A stretch of 64,000 nucleotides of DNA, from assembly GCA_037137755.1 (NCBI GenBank), contig JBAXJR010000001.1:96001-160000 (forward strand). Reading direction: 5' to 3'. How positions within the stretch are numbered: the stretch's first letter is position 1; every line of letters begins with the position of its first letter. Both the position numbers and the translations under genes were made by a program. Below the pieces are notes generated by a model that was given only the letters and a program-made list of their open reading frames with translations, did not search any database and was not told where the DNA came from. The DNA is from Methanomicrobiales archaeon. GTDB taxonomy: Archaea > Halobacteriota > Methanomicrobia > Methanomicrobiales > Methanospirillaceae. This document shows positions 19,960 through 29,213 of the stretch, in pieces.

Positions 19960-20991
19960 ATGCCAATGCATGAAGCTGCCCTCTACGAAAAATTACCCGA
20001 TCTCACCGTACGTTGTTTAGTCTGTCATAACCGCTGCACGATTAAAGAGGGAAAGAGCGGGGTTTGTTCTGTCAGGGTTAACAAAAAAGGTTCGCTGTAT
20101 TCCACTACCTATGGACTCATCACGGCAGAAGCCATTGACCCGATAGAGAAGAAACCGCTCTACCACTTCCTGCCAGGTACGCGCTGCTATTCACTTGGCG
20201 GGATCGGTTGCAATTTCCATTGTGAGCACTGCCAGAACTGGCACATTTCAAGGGCAACCGGTGACATGGTCCGGATGACGGGGCTAAGCCCCGCTGACGG
20301 TGTTGCTCACGCTGTCCGGCAGGGGTGCAGGAGTATTGCGTGGACCTATAATGAGCCCACTATCTGGCATGAATATGCACGGGATATGGGGCAACTTGCA
20401 AGGATGAACCGGCTGGGCACCGTATATGTAACAAACGGGTATATCACCGAGGAGGCGCTCCGGGATCTCTCCCCTGTACTGAATGCATACCGTGTTGATA
20501 TCAAATCATTTTCTGATGATTTTTACCGGAAAATATGCGGAGGCAGACTTGAACCTGTACTCAATTCGACGATTATTGCCAGGGAACTTGGAATGCATGT
20601 CGAGATTGTGACACTGATCATCCCCGGGTTAAACGATAGCCCGGAGGAGATTGATGCTCTTATCAAATGGGTCATCGAGTACCCGGGCCCCGCTACACCT
20701 GTCCATTTCACCCGGTTCCACCCTGATTACCACATGACGGATCGTGCTGCCACACCCGTAGCAACACTGGAAAAAATTTACCACCGGGCAAAAGATCTGG
20801 GGCTCCGGTTTCCCTATCTTGGCAATGTCTCACCCCACCCCTTCGAAAATACCTACTGTCCGCGTTGCGGTGAACTGCTGATAGAAAGGGCAGGATATGA
20901 AATTTCCATCAGGAACCTCCACAAACACAGCTGCGGGAGATGTGGTGAGGTAATAGAAATTGTCACGGACGTTGAAACAAAACAGGGCTGA
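19960..20991 (+). CDS. amrS: AmmeMemoRadiSam system radical SAM enzyme
   Basis: N-terminal CLVCHNRC...GVC.VR, DPIEKKPLYHF, CNFHCEHCQNW (CxxxCxxC), TYNEPT, HFTRFHP, C-terminal CPRCG/CGRCG. Confidence 0.92.
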   Translation: MPMHEAALYEKLPDLTVRCLVCHNRCTIKEGKSGVCSVRVNKKGSLYSTTYGLITAEAIDPIEKKPLYHFLPGTRCYSLGGIGCNFHCEHCQNWHISRATGDMVRMTGLSPADGVAHAVRQGCRSIAWTYNEPTIWHEYARDMGQLARMNRLGTVYVTNGYITEEALRDLSPVLNAYRVDIKSFSDDFYRKICGGRLEPVLNSTIIARELGMHVEIVTLIIPGLNDSPEEIDALIKWVIEYPGPATPVHFTRFHPDYHMTDRAATPVATLEKIYHRAKDLGLRFPYLGNVSPHPFENTYCPRCGELLIERAGYEISIRNLHKHSCGRCGEVIEIVTDVETKQG

Positions 20992-21487
20992 AAACCGGTT
21001 TCTCACTGACCGCATGCTTGGCACCCTCGGCAGGTACCTCCGTTTTATGGGGTATGATACAATGAGTGCCAACAGTATCACTCCTGGGAATTCACGGGAA
21101 GACACGCTCCTGCTTGGGATCGCAATGCGTGAGGAGAGGTTCCTCCTTACCCGTGACAGGGAACTTGCCAAGCGGGGTGGTAAACAGGCAGTCCTCATTT
21201 GCCCGGTGGGTATAATCCCTCAACTGCAGGAGCTCATTGATCTCGGGCTGGTGAAACCTGGGATTGCATTGACCCGGTGCTCCCTGTGTAACAAAAAACT
21301 GAGGCGTGCCAAGGAGAAGGAGATCCTATGCACGTGTTACGCGCCGGAACAGCATGAGAACCTTAAATTTTTCTGGTGTGTGCATTGCAGGAAGTTGTAC
21401 TGGGCTGGCTCCCATGCAAAAGACCTTGCTGACCGGTTAAAAAAAGGGTTAAGGATTCCCCTTGTATCAGGAGGATGCCGGCGTTGA
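20960..21487 (+). CDS. Mut7-C RNase (PIN + Zn ribbon) domain protein
   Basis: FLTDRMLGTLGRYLRFMGYD, LLTRDREL, RCSLCN, CVHCRKLYWAGSH. TTG start with GGTGAGGT RBS. Confidence 0.9.
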   Translation: MSRTLKQNRAENRFLTDRMLGTLGRYLRFMGYDTMSANSITPGNSREDTLLLGIAMREERFLLTRDRELAKRGGKQAVLICPVGIIPQLQELIDLGLVKPGIALTRCSLCNKKLRRAKEKEILCTCYAPEQHENLKFFWCVHCRKLYWAGSHAKDLADRLKKGLRIPLVSGGCRR

Positions 21488-21886
21488 TTGTGCTGCAACC
21501 TGGCTCCCGGCAGGGCGTTTAAGCCAGAGCAGGTCTTTCCCCTCGTAACGGAATGATCGCATGAAAATAACCTTCACGTCATCAGGAAGTCCTGATACAT
21601 CAGTCCCCTGTGGAACTAACAGGCAGGCATACCATGTACCTTTTTTTGCGGCGGGTGTTGTACCTCCTTCGTTCAGGGCAGCAACCAACCCAGGTCCGAC
21701 AATTCTCCCGAACGTTGCGCCAACTGTGGCAACCTGGTTCGATCCCCGTCTTCTTGATATTGAGAATATTTCATCGTTCCCAACCTGATTATGGGCCTCT
21801 GAAATAACCCATCCTTCACTTGCCGGGTAGTTTCGTTTCAATTCCTTTTGCACGATGTCGTGCATAATGTCACCAGAATATCCCAT
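21467..21886 (-). CDS. Hypothetical protein
   Basis: 139-aa ORF with GGTGA RBS before ATG 21886. Globular alpha/beta-like pattern (LLVPQG.DVS.LPDDVKVIFM). Confidence 0.65.
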   Translation of the reverse strand: MGYSGDIMHDIVQKELKRNYPASEGWVISEAHNQVGNDEIFSISRRRGSNQVATVGATFGRIVGPGLVAALNEGGTTPAAKKGTWYACLLVPQGTDVSGLPDDVKVIFMRSFRYEGKDLLWLKRPAGSQVAAQSTPASS

Positions 21887-22316
21887 TGAATAATCACCTA
21901 ACACAAATTGCATCATGGATAGTTAAACATTTTTTCCTTTTCAATGGTAAAAAACGTGCGCGACAGTAGTTTATTTTAATAAAAATCAATGATTAGATAA
22001 ATCCGACGAAGTTATCCGGTGCGTTGTCAGCGCTCTTTCCAGCGCACCGTTTTATAGCAATGATTATAGTGCTGCGATTCCGGGATATGAATATAGACTC
22101 ATGCAACAAAAAAATAGCAGGTCTATTGCAGAATATGAGATCCTTATTTGTCTGATTTAGAACATTTGGAATTTTCATCACCTGGCGACGGGATTGGTAT
22201 AAACCCCTGGTCCGAAAAAAGTACCTATTTTTTGTTGTAAATCCACGGCACACCATACAGGATTAAAAATAACCTAAAATAGGAATCTTTTTCGCTCATG
22301 GTACTAATGCACTGGT

Positions 22317-22658
22317 ATGGTTAAATGCCGCGAAAAGGGTTTTTATCCTCCTGATGATGGCAGGGATAAACAACGGATTTTCACTAACGTGCAGCAAAAA
22401 GAAATTTTGTACCAACAAAATAATTTATGCGCTGGGGAGTATTGCAAGTATAAACCTCTTGACCTTCGTATTGTTCAATATCACCATGCTGAGGGCTGGG
22501 CAGCGCGGGGCAGAACAAAAATTCAAAATGGTATCGCAGTTTGTCCTAATTGCCATGCATTGATTCATTATTATGAAAAATTGGAGATACAGGAACGGGA
22601 CGAAGACGAAAACGGCGGCGATGTGGAGGAAGACCGCGATCCGATGGCGCAGGTATAG
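22317..22658 (+). CDS. HNH endonuclease
   Basis: CAGEYC...QYHH...GRT..QNGIAVCPNCHALIH, then an acidic tail. Confidence 0.8.
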   Translation: MVKCREKGFYPPDDGRDKQRIFTNVQQKEILYQQNNLCAGEYCKYKPLDLRIVQYHHAEGWAARGRTKIQNGIAVCPNCHALIHYYEKLEIQERDEDENGGDVEEDRDPMAQV

Positions 22659-23185
22659 TAAATTGAGAGATCTGGTAGTGTCAGGGGGAATATTCTGGTC
22701 GTTACGACAGTATCCATGATGGGAATTTTCGGGTCTTATTGATCGTTGTGATGGACCAGATCCGACCGGATCTTGTTTTTAGTTTTTATCGGATTAACTT
22801 TGATTGAGTGATCTTGTGGGATCGACTAGAATAATTCCATTTTCATTCACACAGGTTAAGCTCCGCAGTGATGCGGTTCCTCATGCTTGTTGATAGTCAT
22901 CTTTTTCAGCGAGCCACAAATTTGACAATACCCCTTAAGAGGAGGATATAATTTACCCCTCCCGGGCATAACATCTCTGCATGCGATCGTTGCACCAGGG
23001 ACATTTACTGGTGTGTGACTTTGGCCAGTCATACCAAGGCTGAGTAAATCATAAGGCAACATATACTCTCTTAAATGGCCCCTTTTTCCCGAAAGGAAGA
23101 GAAAGTCAACGATATGAACAAAGTCATTTAATAGTTATCTCATGCTATAAATTGTAATCAGGTAAATCAGGGGAAGAGGGACAGG

Positions 23186-25336
23186 ATGCCGCGTCGTACA
23201 AGGAATGAACTATCGAGCCAGAAGACCCCTGCCCGGGTACAGGGATCCCATTATATCAACCGTGAAATTGGCTGGATATGGTTCAACCGTCATGTCCTTG
23301 ATGAGGTATCTGATACCAGGCACCCCTTACTTGAACGGGTCAAGTTCCTTTCCATATTTGCAAACAATCTTGATGAATTTTTTATGATCCGGGTCTCCGG
23401 TCTCCAGAGACAGGTGGAAAGCGGTGTCCTTGAGGCACCTCCTGACGGGATGAGCCCCATGGAACAACTGTCAGCAATACATGGTCTTCTGGCCCCCCTT
23501 CTTTCTGCACAGTGCAGGTACTGGGAGTGCGACCTTGTACCGGCATTGAAGGCTGAAGGTATCGAAATACTGCCTTTCAATGCTCTTTCAGACGAGGAAC
23601 GGTTATGTATGCGGGAATATTACGAGCATGAGATATTTCCGGTTCTGACCCCGCTTGCGTTCGATAAGTCCCACCCGTTTCCTTTTATTTCAAATCTCTC
23701 GCTGAACCTCGCTATCGTAGTGAGAGACCCCTCTAAAAAGGAGGAACTCTTTGCGCGGATTAAAGTGCCAACTGACCTATTTCCACGGCTTATACGTATT
23801 CCTTCGCAAAAAAATGATGATAAACAAGGGAAACCGGCAGAAAAATACGTGTTTCTTGAGGACCTCGTAGCTGCCTGCCTCGATCGGCTTTTCCCGGGCA
23901 TGGAAATTGTTGCGGCCTATCCCTTCAGGGTAACGCGTGACGCAGATTTTGAGATAGAAGAAGACGAAGCATCAGACCTGTTAACGGCAATTGAAGAAAG
24001 TGTTGAATTGCGTCGTATAGGCTCTCCGGTAAGAATAGAGGTATCTTCGGCCATGCCGGCCGGTATATGTGAAATGCTGTCATTAAAACTTGGGATAAGC
24101 ATGGACATGTTCTACCAGGTTGAACCGCCTGTCGGGATGGCAGAGTTAATGCAGCTCTTCGGTCTCGACCGGCCCGACTTAAAGGACCCGACCTTTGTTC
24201 AGGCAGTACCGTCATCGCTTGAAGGGGATGCCGACATTTTTGCCCAGATTCACAAGGGGGATATCCTGCTTTTTCATCCCTACGATAGTTTCTCCCCGGT
24301 GGTATCGTTCTTAAAACAGGCTGCAAAAGACCCGGATGTCCTCGCTATTAAAATGACCCTCTACCGCGTTGGCCCGAATTCCCCGGTAGTCGATGCCCTG
24401 ATGGAAGCGCGGGATAACGGCAAGGATGTCGCCGCGATGATCGAATTAAAGGCCCGTTTTGACGAGGAAAATAATATAGGGTGGGCAAGGGCACTGGAAA
24501 GGGCAGGTGTCCACGTGGTATACGGGCTTTCCGGGCTAAAAGTACATAGCAAGGTCTGCATGGTTGTCCGGAAGGAGAAACAGGGTATCACACGGTATGT
24601 CCACCTGGGTACCGGGAACTATAACGCCTCTACAAGCCGGATTTATACCGATCTCGGACTCTTCACGCGGGATAATGTAATAGGTGCCGATGTTGCAGAC
24701 CTTTTTAATGCTCTCACCGGGTATTCGAGGGTTCATTCATACCGTTCCCTCCTGGTCGCACCAGTCAGTATCAGGAAAGGCCTTTTTCAACGGATAGAGC
24801 GCGAAATAGAGTTACACCGGAAAAACGGTGGAGGTCATATCATGTTCAAGATAAATGCCCTGGTAGACCGGGACTGCATCGATATCCTATACCAGGCTTC
24901 AGAAGCTGGTGTCAGGGTAGACCTGCAGGTGCGGGGTATCTGTTGTCTCCGGCCCGGTGTCCCCGGCCTTAGCGAAAATATACGGGTTTCATGTATCGTC
25001 GGACGTTTCCTGGAACATCCGCGTATTTTTTACTTTTGGAATAATGGTGAAGAAGAAGTATTCCTCGGGAGTGCTGACCTTATGCCGCGAAACCTAGACC
25101 GACGCGTTGAGGTTATTTTCCCGGTTAACGATCAGGTTATCAGGCGATCTATTATCGATACCATCCTGAAGGTATACATGAGAGACACGGTGAATATGCG
25201 CATATTAAACCCGGACGGCAATTATACCAGGGTACGGCCCTTGCAGGGGGAGACGCCATGCGATGCCCAGTCCTGGCTGATCTCGCGCCGGGGTATTTGG
25301 CATGAAAAAGCCAGGAAAACTTCTAAAAAGAAGTAG
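23186..25336 (+). CDS. ppk1: Polyphosphate kinase 1
   Basis: NREIGW..FN, NNLDEFFMIRV, HPFPFISN, HPYDSF, ELKARFDEENNI, LKVHSK, GTGNYN, GRFLEH.R, SADLMPRNLDRRVE. Confidence 0.97.
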   Translation: MPRRTRNELSSQKTPARVQGSHYINREIGWIWFNRHVLDEVSDTRHPLLERVKFLSIFANNLDEFFMIRVSGLQRQVESGVLEAPPDGMSPMEQLSAIHGLLAPLLSAQCRYWECDLVPALKAEGIEILPFNALSDEERLCMREYYEHEIFPVLTPLAFDKSHPFPFISNLSLNLAIVVRDPSKKEELFARIKVPTDLFPRLIRIPSQKNDDKQGKPAEKYVFLEDLVAACLDRLFPGMEIVAAYPFRVTRDADFEIEEDEASDLLTAIEESVELRRIGSPVRIEVSSAMPAGICEMLSLKLGISMDMFYQVEPPVGMAELMQLFGLDRPDLKDPTFVQAVPSSLEGDADIFAQIHKGDILLFHPYDSFSPVVSFLKQAAKDPDVLAIKMTLYRVGPNSPVVDALMEARDNGKDVAAMIELKARFDEENNIGWARALERAGVHVVYGLSGLKVHSKVCMVVRKEKQGITRYVHLGTGNYNASTSRIYTDLGLFTRDNVIGADVADLFNALTGYSRVHSYRSLLVAPVSIRKGLFQRIEREIELHRKNGGGHIMFKINALVDRDCIDILYQASEAGVRVDLQVRGICCLRPGVPGLSENIRVSCIVGRFLEHPRIFYFWNNGEEEVFLGSADLMPRNLDRRVEVIFPVNDQVIRRSIIDTILKVYMRDTVNMRILNPDGNYTRVRPLQGETPCDAQSWLISRRGIWHEKARKTSKKK

Positions 25337-25451
25337 CGGTGCTCGTGTGTTAAACAGGCGCGTATATTGTTCCCGGGATCACTTTCGCACCGCGGTGAAA
25401 AGGTTAATCGCCGCAAACACGAATCTCTTTCTATAAAATTTCCGGACAACC

Positions 25452-25928
25452 ATGATTGTACTAGGTATTGACCCAGGCCTTGCACGTCTGGGATATGGGG
25501 TGATAGAGAAGACGGGTAACAGGGCTATCCATATCACCCATGGCTGCATCACCACAAGTGCGGAAGATCTGTCTGCCGGTACAAGGCTCAATCATCTTTA
25601 CGGGGGACTGAAAGACCTGTTTTTGGAACACCGCCCGGAGCGTGCGGCAGTAGAAAAATTGTTTTTCTCTAAAAATATCACGTCAGCGATGGGTGTAGCG
25701 GAAGTCCGTGGGATCATCCTCCTCATTTGCGAACAGGAGGGGGTCCCTGTGACTGAATATACGCCGAACCAGGTGAAACAGGCGATAACAGGGTCGGGAC
25801 GCGCGGACAAGAAACAGGTGCAGGAGATGATCCGACGCCTCCTCCATCTGCAGGAAATCCCAAGGCCAGATGATGCCGCAGACGGCCTGTCCCTTGCGCT
25901 CTGTCATATCCATACCATGAGGGCATAG
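25452..25928 (+). CDS. ruvC: Holliday junction resolvase RuvC
   Basis: LGIDPG, AVEKLFF, EYTPNQVKQAITGSGRADKKQV, DDAADGLS.A.CH. Confidence 0.95.
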   Translation: MIVLGIDPGLARLGYGVIEKTGNRAIHITHGCITTSAEDLSAGTRLNHLYGGLKDLFLEHRPERAAVEKLFFSKNITSAMGVAEVRGIILLICEQEGVPVTEYTPNQVKQAITGSGRADKKQVQEMIRRLLHLQEIPRPDDAADGLSLALCHIHTMRA

Positions 25929-26063
25929 CGCAATGATCACTCCTTCCCGCACGGTTCACACCCACCCTGGCATGCCTCAATTGAGATTAACCGGGATATC
26001 ACTCTCCCCTTCTGACGGGTGCAGGTATGCCGTGGTTGTTCCACAGACCGGGGGGTGCTATCT

Positions 26064-26669
26064 GTGATATCGCAACTTTTTGGGGAAATTGTTGCAACCG
26101 GGGATGGATTCGTAGTAATGGATGTGGGAGGTGTAGGGTACCGGGTACATATGACAACAACCGATGTTGTCTGCCTTTCCGGGTCTTCGGGAAAGAAGAG
26201 AGTACACACCCACCTCATTGTCAGGGAGGACGCACTTTCACTGTACGGATTTTCTGATACCTTCGACCTCGAAGTGTTCCTGCTCCTCATCGCGGTGAAC
26301 CGGGTCGGCCCCCAGCTCGCCCTCTCCATCCTTTCGCAGCTCCCGGCAGAGGAATTTGTCCAGGCTGTTACCGGGGAGGACGAAAAAAGGTTGACAAGGC
26401 TCTCCGGGATTGGTCCGAGGAACGCGAAAAGACTAATCCTCGAATTAAAAGACCGGATGAATGAGCGTCTCACTGTTGTCATTTCCGGGGCCCCGGGGGC
26501 CCCTGGCAACATCAGGGAAGACGTCGCGGAAGCCCTGGTTGCACTGGGTTTCCCATCGCGGGAATCCTATGATGCCGTCGATGAGATTTGCAGAAGGACA
26601 GAATCCGCTGATTCGCAGGTATTGCTGAAGGCCTCACTCTCGTTCCTGAAAGAGAGGAAAAAGATATGA
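26064..26669 (+). CDS. ruvA: Holliday junction branch migration protein RuvA
   Basis: [58 protein letters not shown] 26064 follows a GGGGGTG RBS. Confidence 0.93.
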   Translation: MISQLFGEIVATGDGFVVMDVGGVGYRVHMTTTDVVCLSGSSGKKRVHTHLIVREDALSLYGFSDTFDLEVFLLLIAVNRVGPQLALSILSQLPAEEFVQAVTGEDEKRLTRLSGIGPRNAKRLILELKDRMNERLTVVISGAPGAPGNIREDVAEALVALGFPSRESYDAVDEICRRTESADSQVLLKASLSFLKERKKI

Positions 26670-27658
26670 GGGAACGGGTGATCGAGGCTGTTGTGCCCGG
26701 CGATGACGTGATCGAAGAGACAATCAGGCCGTCAAAACTGAAAGACTTTATCGGCCAGGATGGCTTAAAAGAAACGCTTTCCATTGCCATTGAAGCGGCA
26801 CAGAAACGAAAAAAACCACTTGACCATATCCTGCTTTCAGGTCCCCCCGGCCTTGGTAAGACAACACTGGCCCATATTATCGCCCATGAGATGGGTACTG
26901 GTATCCACTCCACAAGTGGCCCGGTTCTGGAAAAGCAGGGGGATCTCGCAGCTATTCTGACAACCCTTTCGAAAGGCGATGTCCTTTTTATCGATGAAGT
27001 ACACCGCCTCAGCCCGGTTGTAGAAGAAGTGCTGTACCCGGCAATGGAAGATCTCGCTATTGATGTCATGATAGGCGAAGGTCCTGGTGCCCGGTCTATA
27101 CGCCTTGATATTGAGCACTTCACGCTGATCGGGGCAACCACGAAGATCGGACTCCTTGGTTCGCCGTTCCGGGACCGCTTTGGCCTGATATCCCGTCTCA
27201 ACCTATACACTCCCGCAGAACTTGCAGAAGTCATCCTGCGGAGTGCAGGTATCATGCAGGTCAGTATCACTGAGGATGCCGCCCGCGAGATAGCCGGCAG
27301 GAGCAGGGGGACACCAAGGATAGCAAACCGTCTGCTTCGCCGTGTCGGGGATTTTGCGTTAGTACGAAGCGACGGAACCATAACCAGGGAGGTGGCATCG
27401 CATGCCCTTACCCTGCTGGGTATTGATGCGCTGGGCCTTGACGACCTTGACCGGAGAATCCTGACCGTCATTTCAGATGATTTCAAGGGCGGTCCGGTCG
27501 GGCTCAAAACAATTGCTATATCAGTCGGTGAGGAATCGAGGACAATTGAAGATGTGTACGAACCGTTCCTGATTCAGATAGGGTTTATTAAACGGACCCC
27601 CCAGGGAAGGGAGACGACACCGGCAGCCGGAAAGCATCTCCATCAGCAATGGTGGTGA
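26666..27658 (+). CDS. ruvB: Holliday junction branch migration helicase RuvB
   Basis: [60 protein letters not shown]. Confidence 0.97.
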   Translation: MRERVIEAVVPGDDVIEETIRPSKLKDFIGQDGLKETLSIAIEAAQKRKKPLDHILLSGPPGLGKTTLAHIIAHEMGTGIHSTSGPVLEKQGDLAAILTTLSKGDVLFIDEVHRLSPVVEEVLYPAMEDLAIDVMIGEGPGARSIRLDIEHFTLIGATTKIGLLGSPFRDRFGLISRLNLYTPAELAEVILRSAGIMQVSITEDAAREIAGRSRGTPRIANRLLRRVGDFALVRSDGTITREVASHALTLLGIDALGLDDLDRRILTVISDDFKGGPVGLKTIAISVGEESRTIEDVYEPFLIQIGFIKRTPQGRETTPAAGKHLHQQWW

Positions 27659-27663
27659 CGGCA

Positions 27664-27671
27664 TTTTTTTT
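27664..27671 (+). terminator. Oligo-T archaeal terminator after ruvB
   Basis: T8 run a few bases after the ruvB stop. Confidence 0.55.
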
Positions 27672-27868
27672 ACCTGAAAAGAAGACATTTTTTGCGGCAA
27701 ATCAAGAAAAATAGGGGTTATTGTATTTCTTCCCAGCACAGGAGGCTGGTTGTATCAACCAGAAGGAGGAGAGGTGCGCTGGTTTGGGACACTAGGGGGC
27801 CCTGTAGTCATGATTTCATGGTATTACCTCCATACTGTGCATTTTCTGGTCCATCTGAAGGACTATTT

Positions 27869-28141
27869 TTAAAAGATAGCCACAGATACTTCCGAAATAT
27901 CTCCGGGTTCATTCATCCCCCTGGCAATCGATTGAGCCAATACGCCGGATGCCAGGGCAAAGAAAGCCCACCTCCTCTCCGGTTCCGTTGTTGAGAGGGA
28001 GAACGTGAGGACATCAGGATTATTATTTACCATCCTGGCGATTGCACGCCATTTTTTAATTTCCCTGTTTTGATCTGATACCTGGTCAGGGATTGTTCCC
28101 TGCCCGGGTAGTTCATCTGGTTCTTCTGTCAGGTCAGGCAT
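27869..28141 (-). CDS. Hypothetical protein (90 aa)
   Basis: GGTGA RBS upstream of ATG and an AT-rich promoter region. No family recognised. Confidence 0.5.
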   Translation of the reverse strand: MPDLTEEPDELPGQGTIPDQVSDQNREIKKWRAIARMVNNNPDVLTFSLSTTEPERRWAFFALASGVLAQSIARGMNEPGDISEVSVAIF

Positions 28142-28229
28142 GGCATTTCACCGTTTACTACTATACACAATCTATTTTTATAATATATATATCTTTGTTG
28201 TTTTGTATAGCATTTAATTAATATATTAT

Positions 28230-28264
28230 TGTAATGCATATACATCATATGATAATGCATTACA
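28230..28264. promoter_or_regulatory. Nested palindromic operator-like site in divergent promoter
   Basis: TGTAATGCAT-N15-ATGCATTACA perfect inverted repeat enclosing the palindrome ATCATATGAT (28244-28253). Confidence 0.55.
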
Positions 28265-28337
28265 TTGTGTTCTTTGTTTGTACATCGGAAGGGTGCATTT
28301 TCAAGATCAAGGAGAGATCCGGGCCAGGTGTTTATTA

Positions 28338-28895
28338 ATGCTGAAAGAGAAGGAACGAGAAAGATCGCGATTTATTGAAATACTACAAGAACATCCCCGT
28401 GGTTTAACAATTGAAGAAATTTCCCACCTCCTGCCCCTTAACCGTAACGCGACATCAAAATACCTGAACCGTATGCTTATTTCAGGCCAGGTTGAGATGA
28501 AGACATTTGGTCCGGCGAAAGTATTTTTTGTCTCGAAGAGGGTACCGATTTCCCAGCTCCTCAACCTGAGCTCAGACCTGATCCTGGTACTGGACCATGA
28601 AATGTTTGTACGGCATGTGAATGACCGGTTACTTGATATTTTCCAGGTGCAACGTTCAGATATCCTCGTTCATCATCTCGACCATACGAATTTTGGAACC
28701 TGCATCAGCCCGGAATTCCGCCAGCAGATCAGCGAGGGCGAAAATGGGAATGAATGTGCTCTTGAGGAAAAAATCGCCATCCATGGGCATACATGGCAAT
28801 TTTATGCCAAATGTGTCCCCGTTGTATTCGAAGAGGGGGAGCGCGGCGTATCGGTAATTCTCCGCGATGTCACCGTTTCGAAAGTTCTTTCCTGA
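28338..28895 (+). CDS. Winged-HTH + PAS one-component regulator
   Basis: HPRGLTIEEIS..L.LNRN..SKYL..M..SGQVEM..FG.AKVF (wHTH), then PAS (DLILVLD...VN...VILRDVT). Confidence 0.82.
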   Translation: MLKEKERERSRFIEILQEHPRGLTIEEISHLLPLNRNATSKYLNRMLISGQVEMKTFGPAKVFFVSKRVPISQLLNLSSDLILVLDHEMFVRHVNDRLLDIFQVQRSDILVHHLDHTNFGTCISPEFRQQISEGENGNECALEEKIAIHGHTWQFYAKCVPVVFEEGERGVSVILRDVTVSKVLS

Positions 28896-28912
28896 TCGAC
28901 CATATTTCCTGT

Positions 28913-29164
28913 ATGGTCAATCATCCTTGCGTTTCTTTAGCGGTTGCAATCAGCAGGGAATACTGTTCCCGGTTGAGGAACATAGTGATACTCTCAGAAC
29001 TTTGCGGCATCCCGGTCACTATCGGGGGGATCTTCCTCCCCTATTTTCTCGATGTCCCTTCCGGAGCAAGGATTATCCTGGTAGCTGCCGGATTGTACGG
29101 ACTCGTGCTGATAGAACGGGGATTGCGGAAAAATAAACGCAGAATTATTCCAGGGAACACCTGA
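28913..29164 (+). CDS. Possible small membrane protein
   Basis: 83-aa ORF 17 nt after the regulator, with two hydrophobic segments and a basic tail. Confidence 0.35.
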   Translation: MVNHPCVSLAVAISREYCSRLRNIVILSELCGIPVTIGGIFLPYFLDVPSGARIILVAAGLYGLVLIERGLRKNKRRIIPGNT

Positions 29165-29213
29165 ACATTTTTTTTGGTACTCTCCCGCACGGGAGAACAA
29201 ATAGTGCCTGCTA

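Noticed and set aside
25929-26063. Partial self-complementarity in the ruvC-ruvA spacer (GGCATGCCT / AGGTATGCC)
   Set aside because: Short, imperfect and single-copy in the window; not enough to call a MITE or ncRNA.
26512-27507. 331-aa minus-strand ORF
   Set aside because: Antisense to ruvB, Ser/Arg-rich and without motifs.
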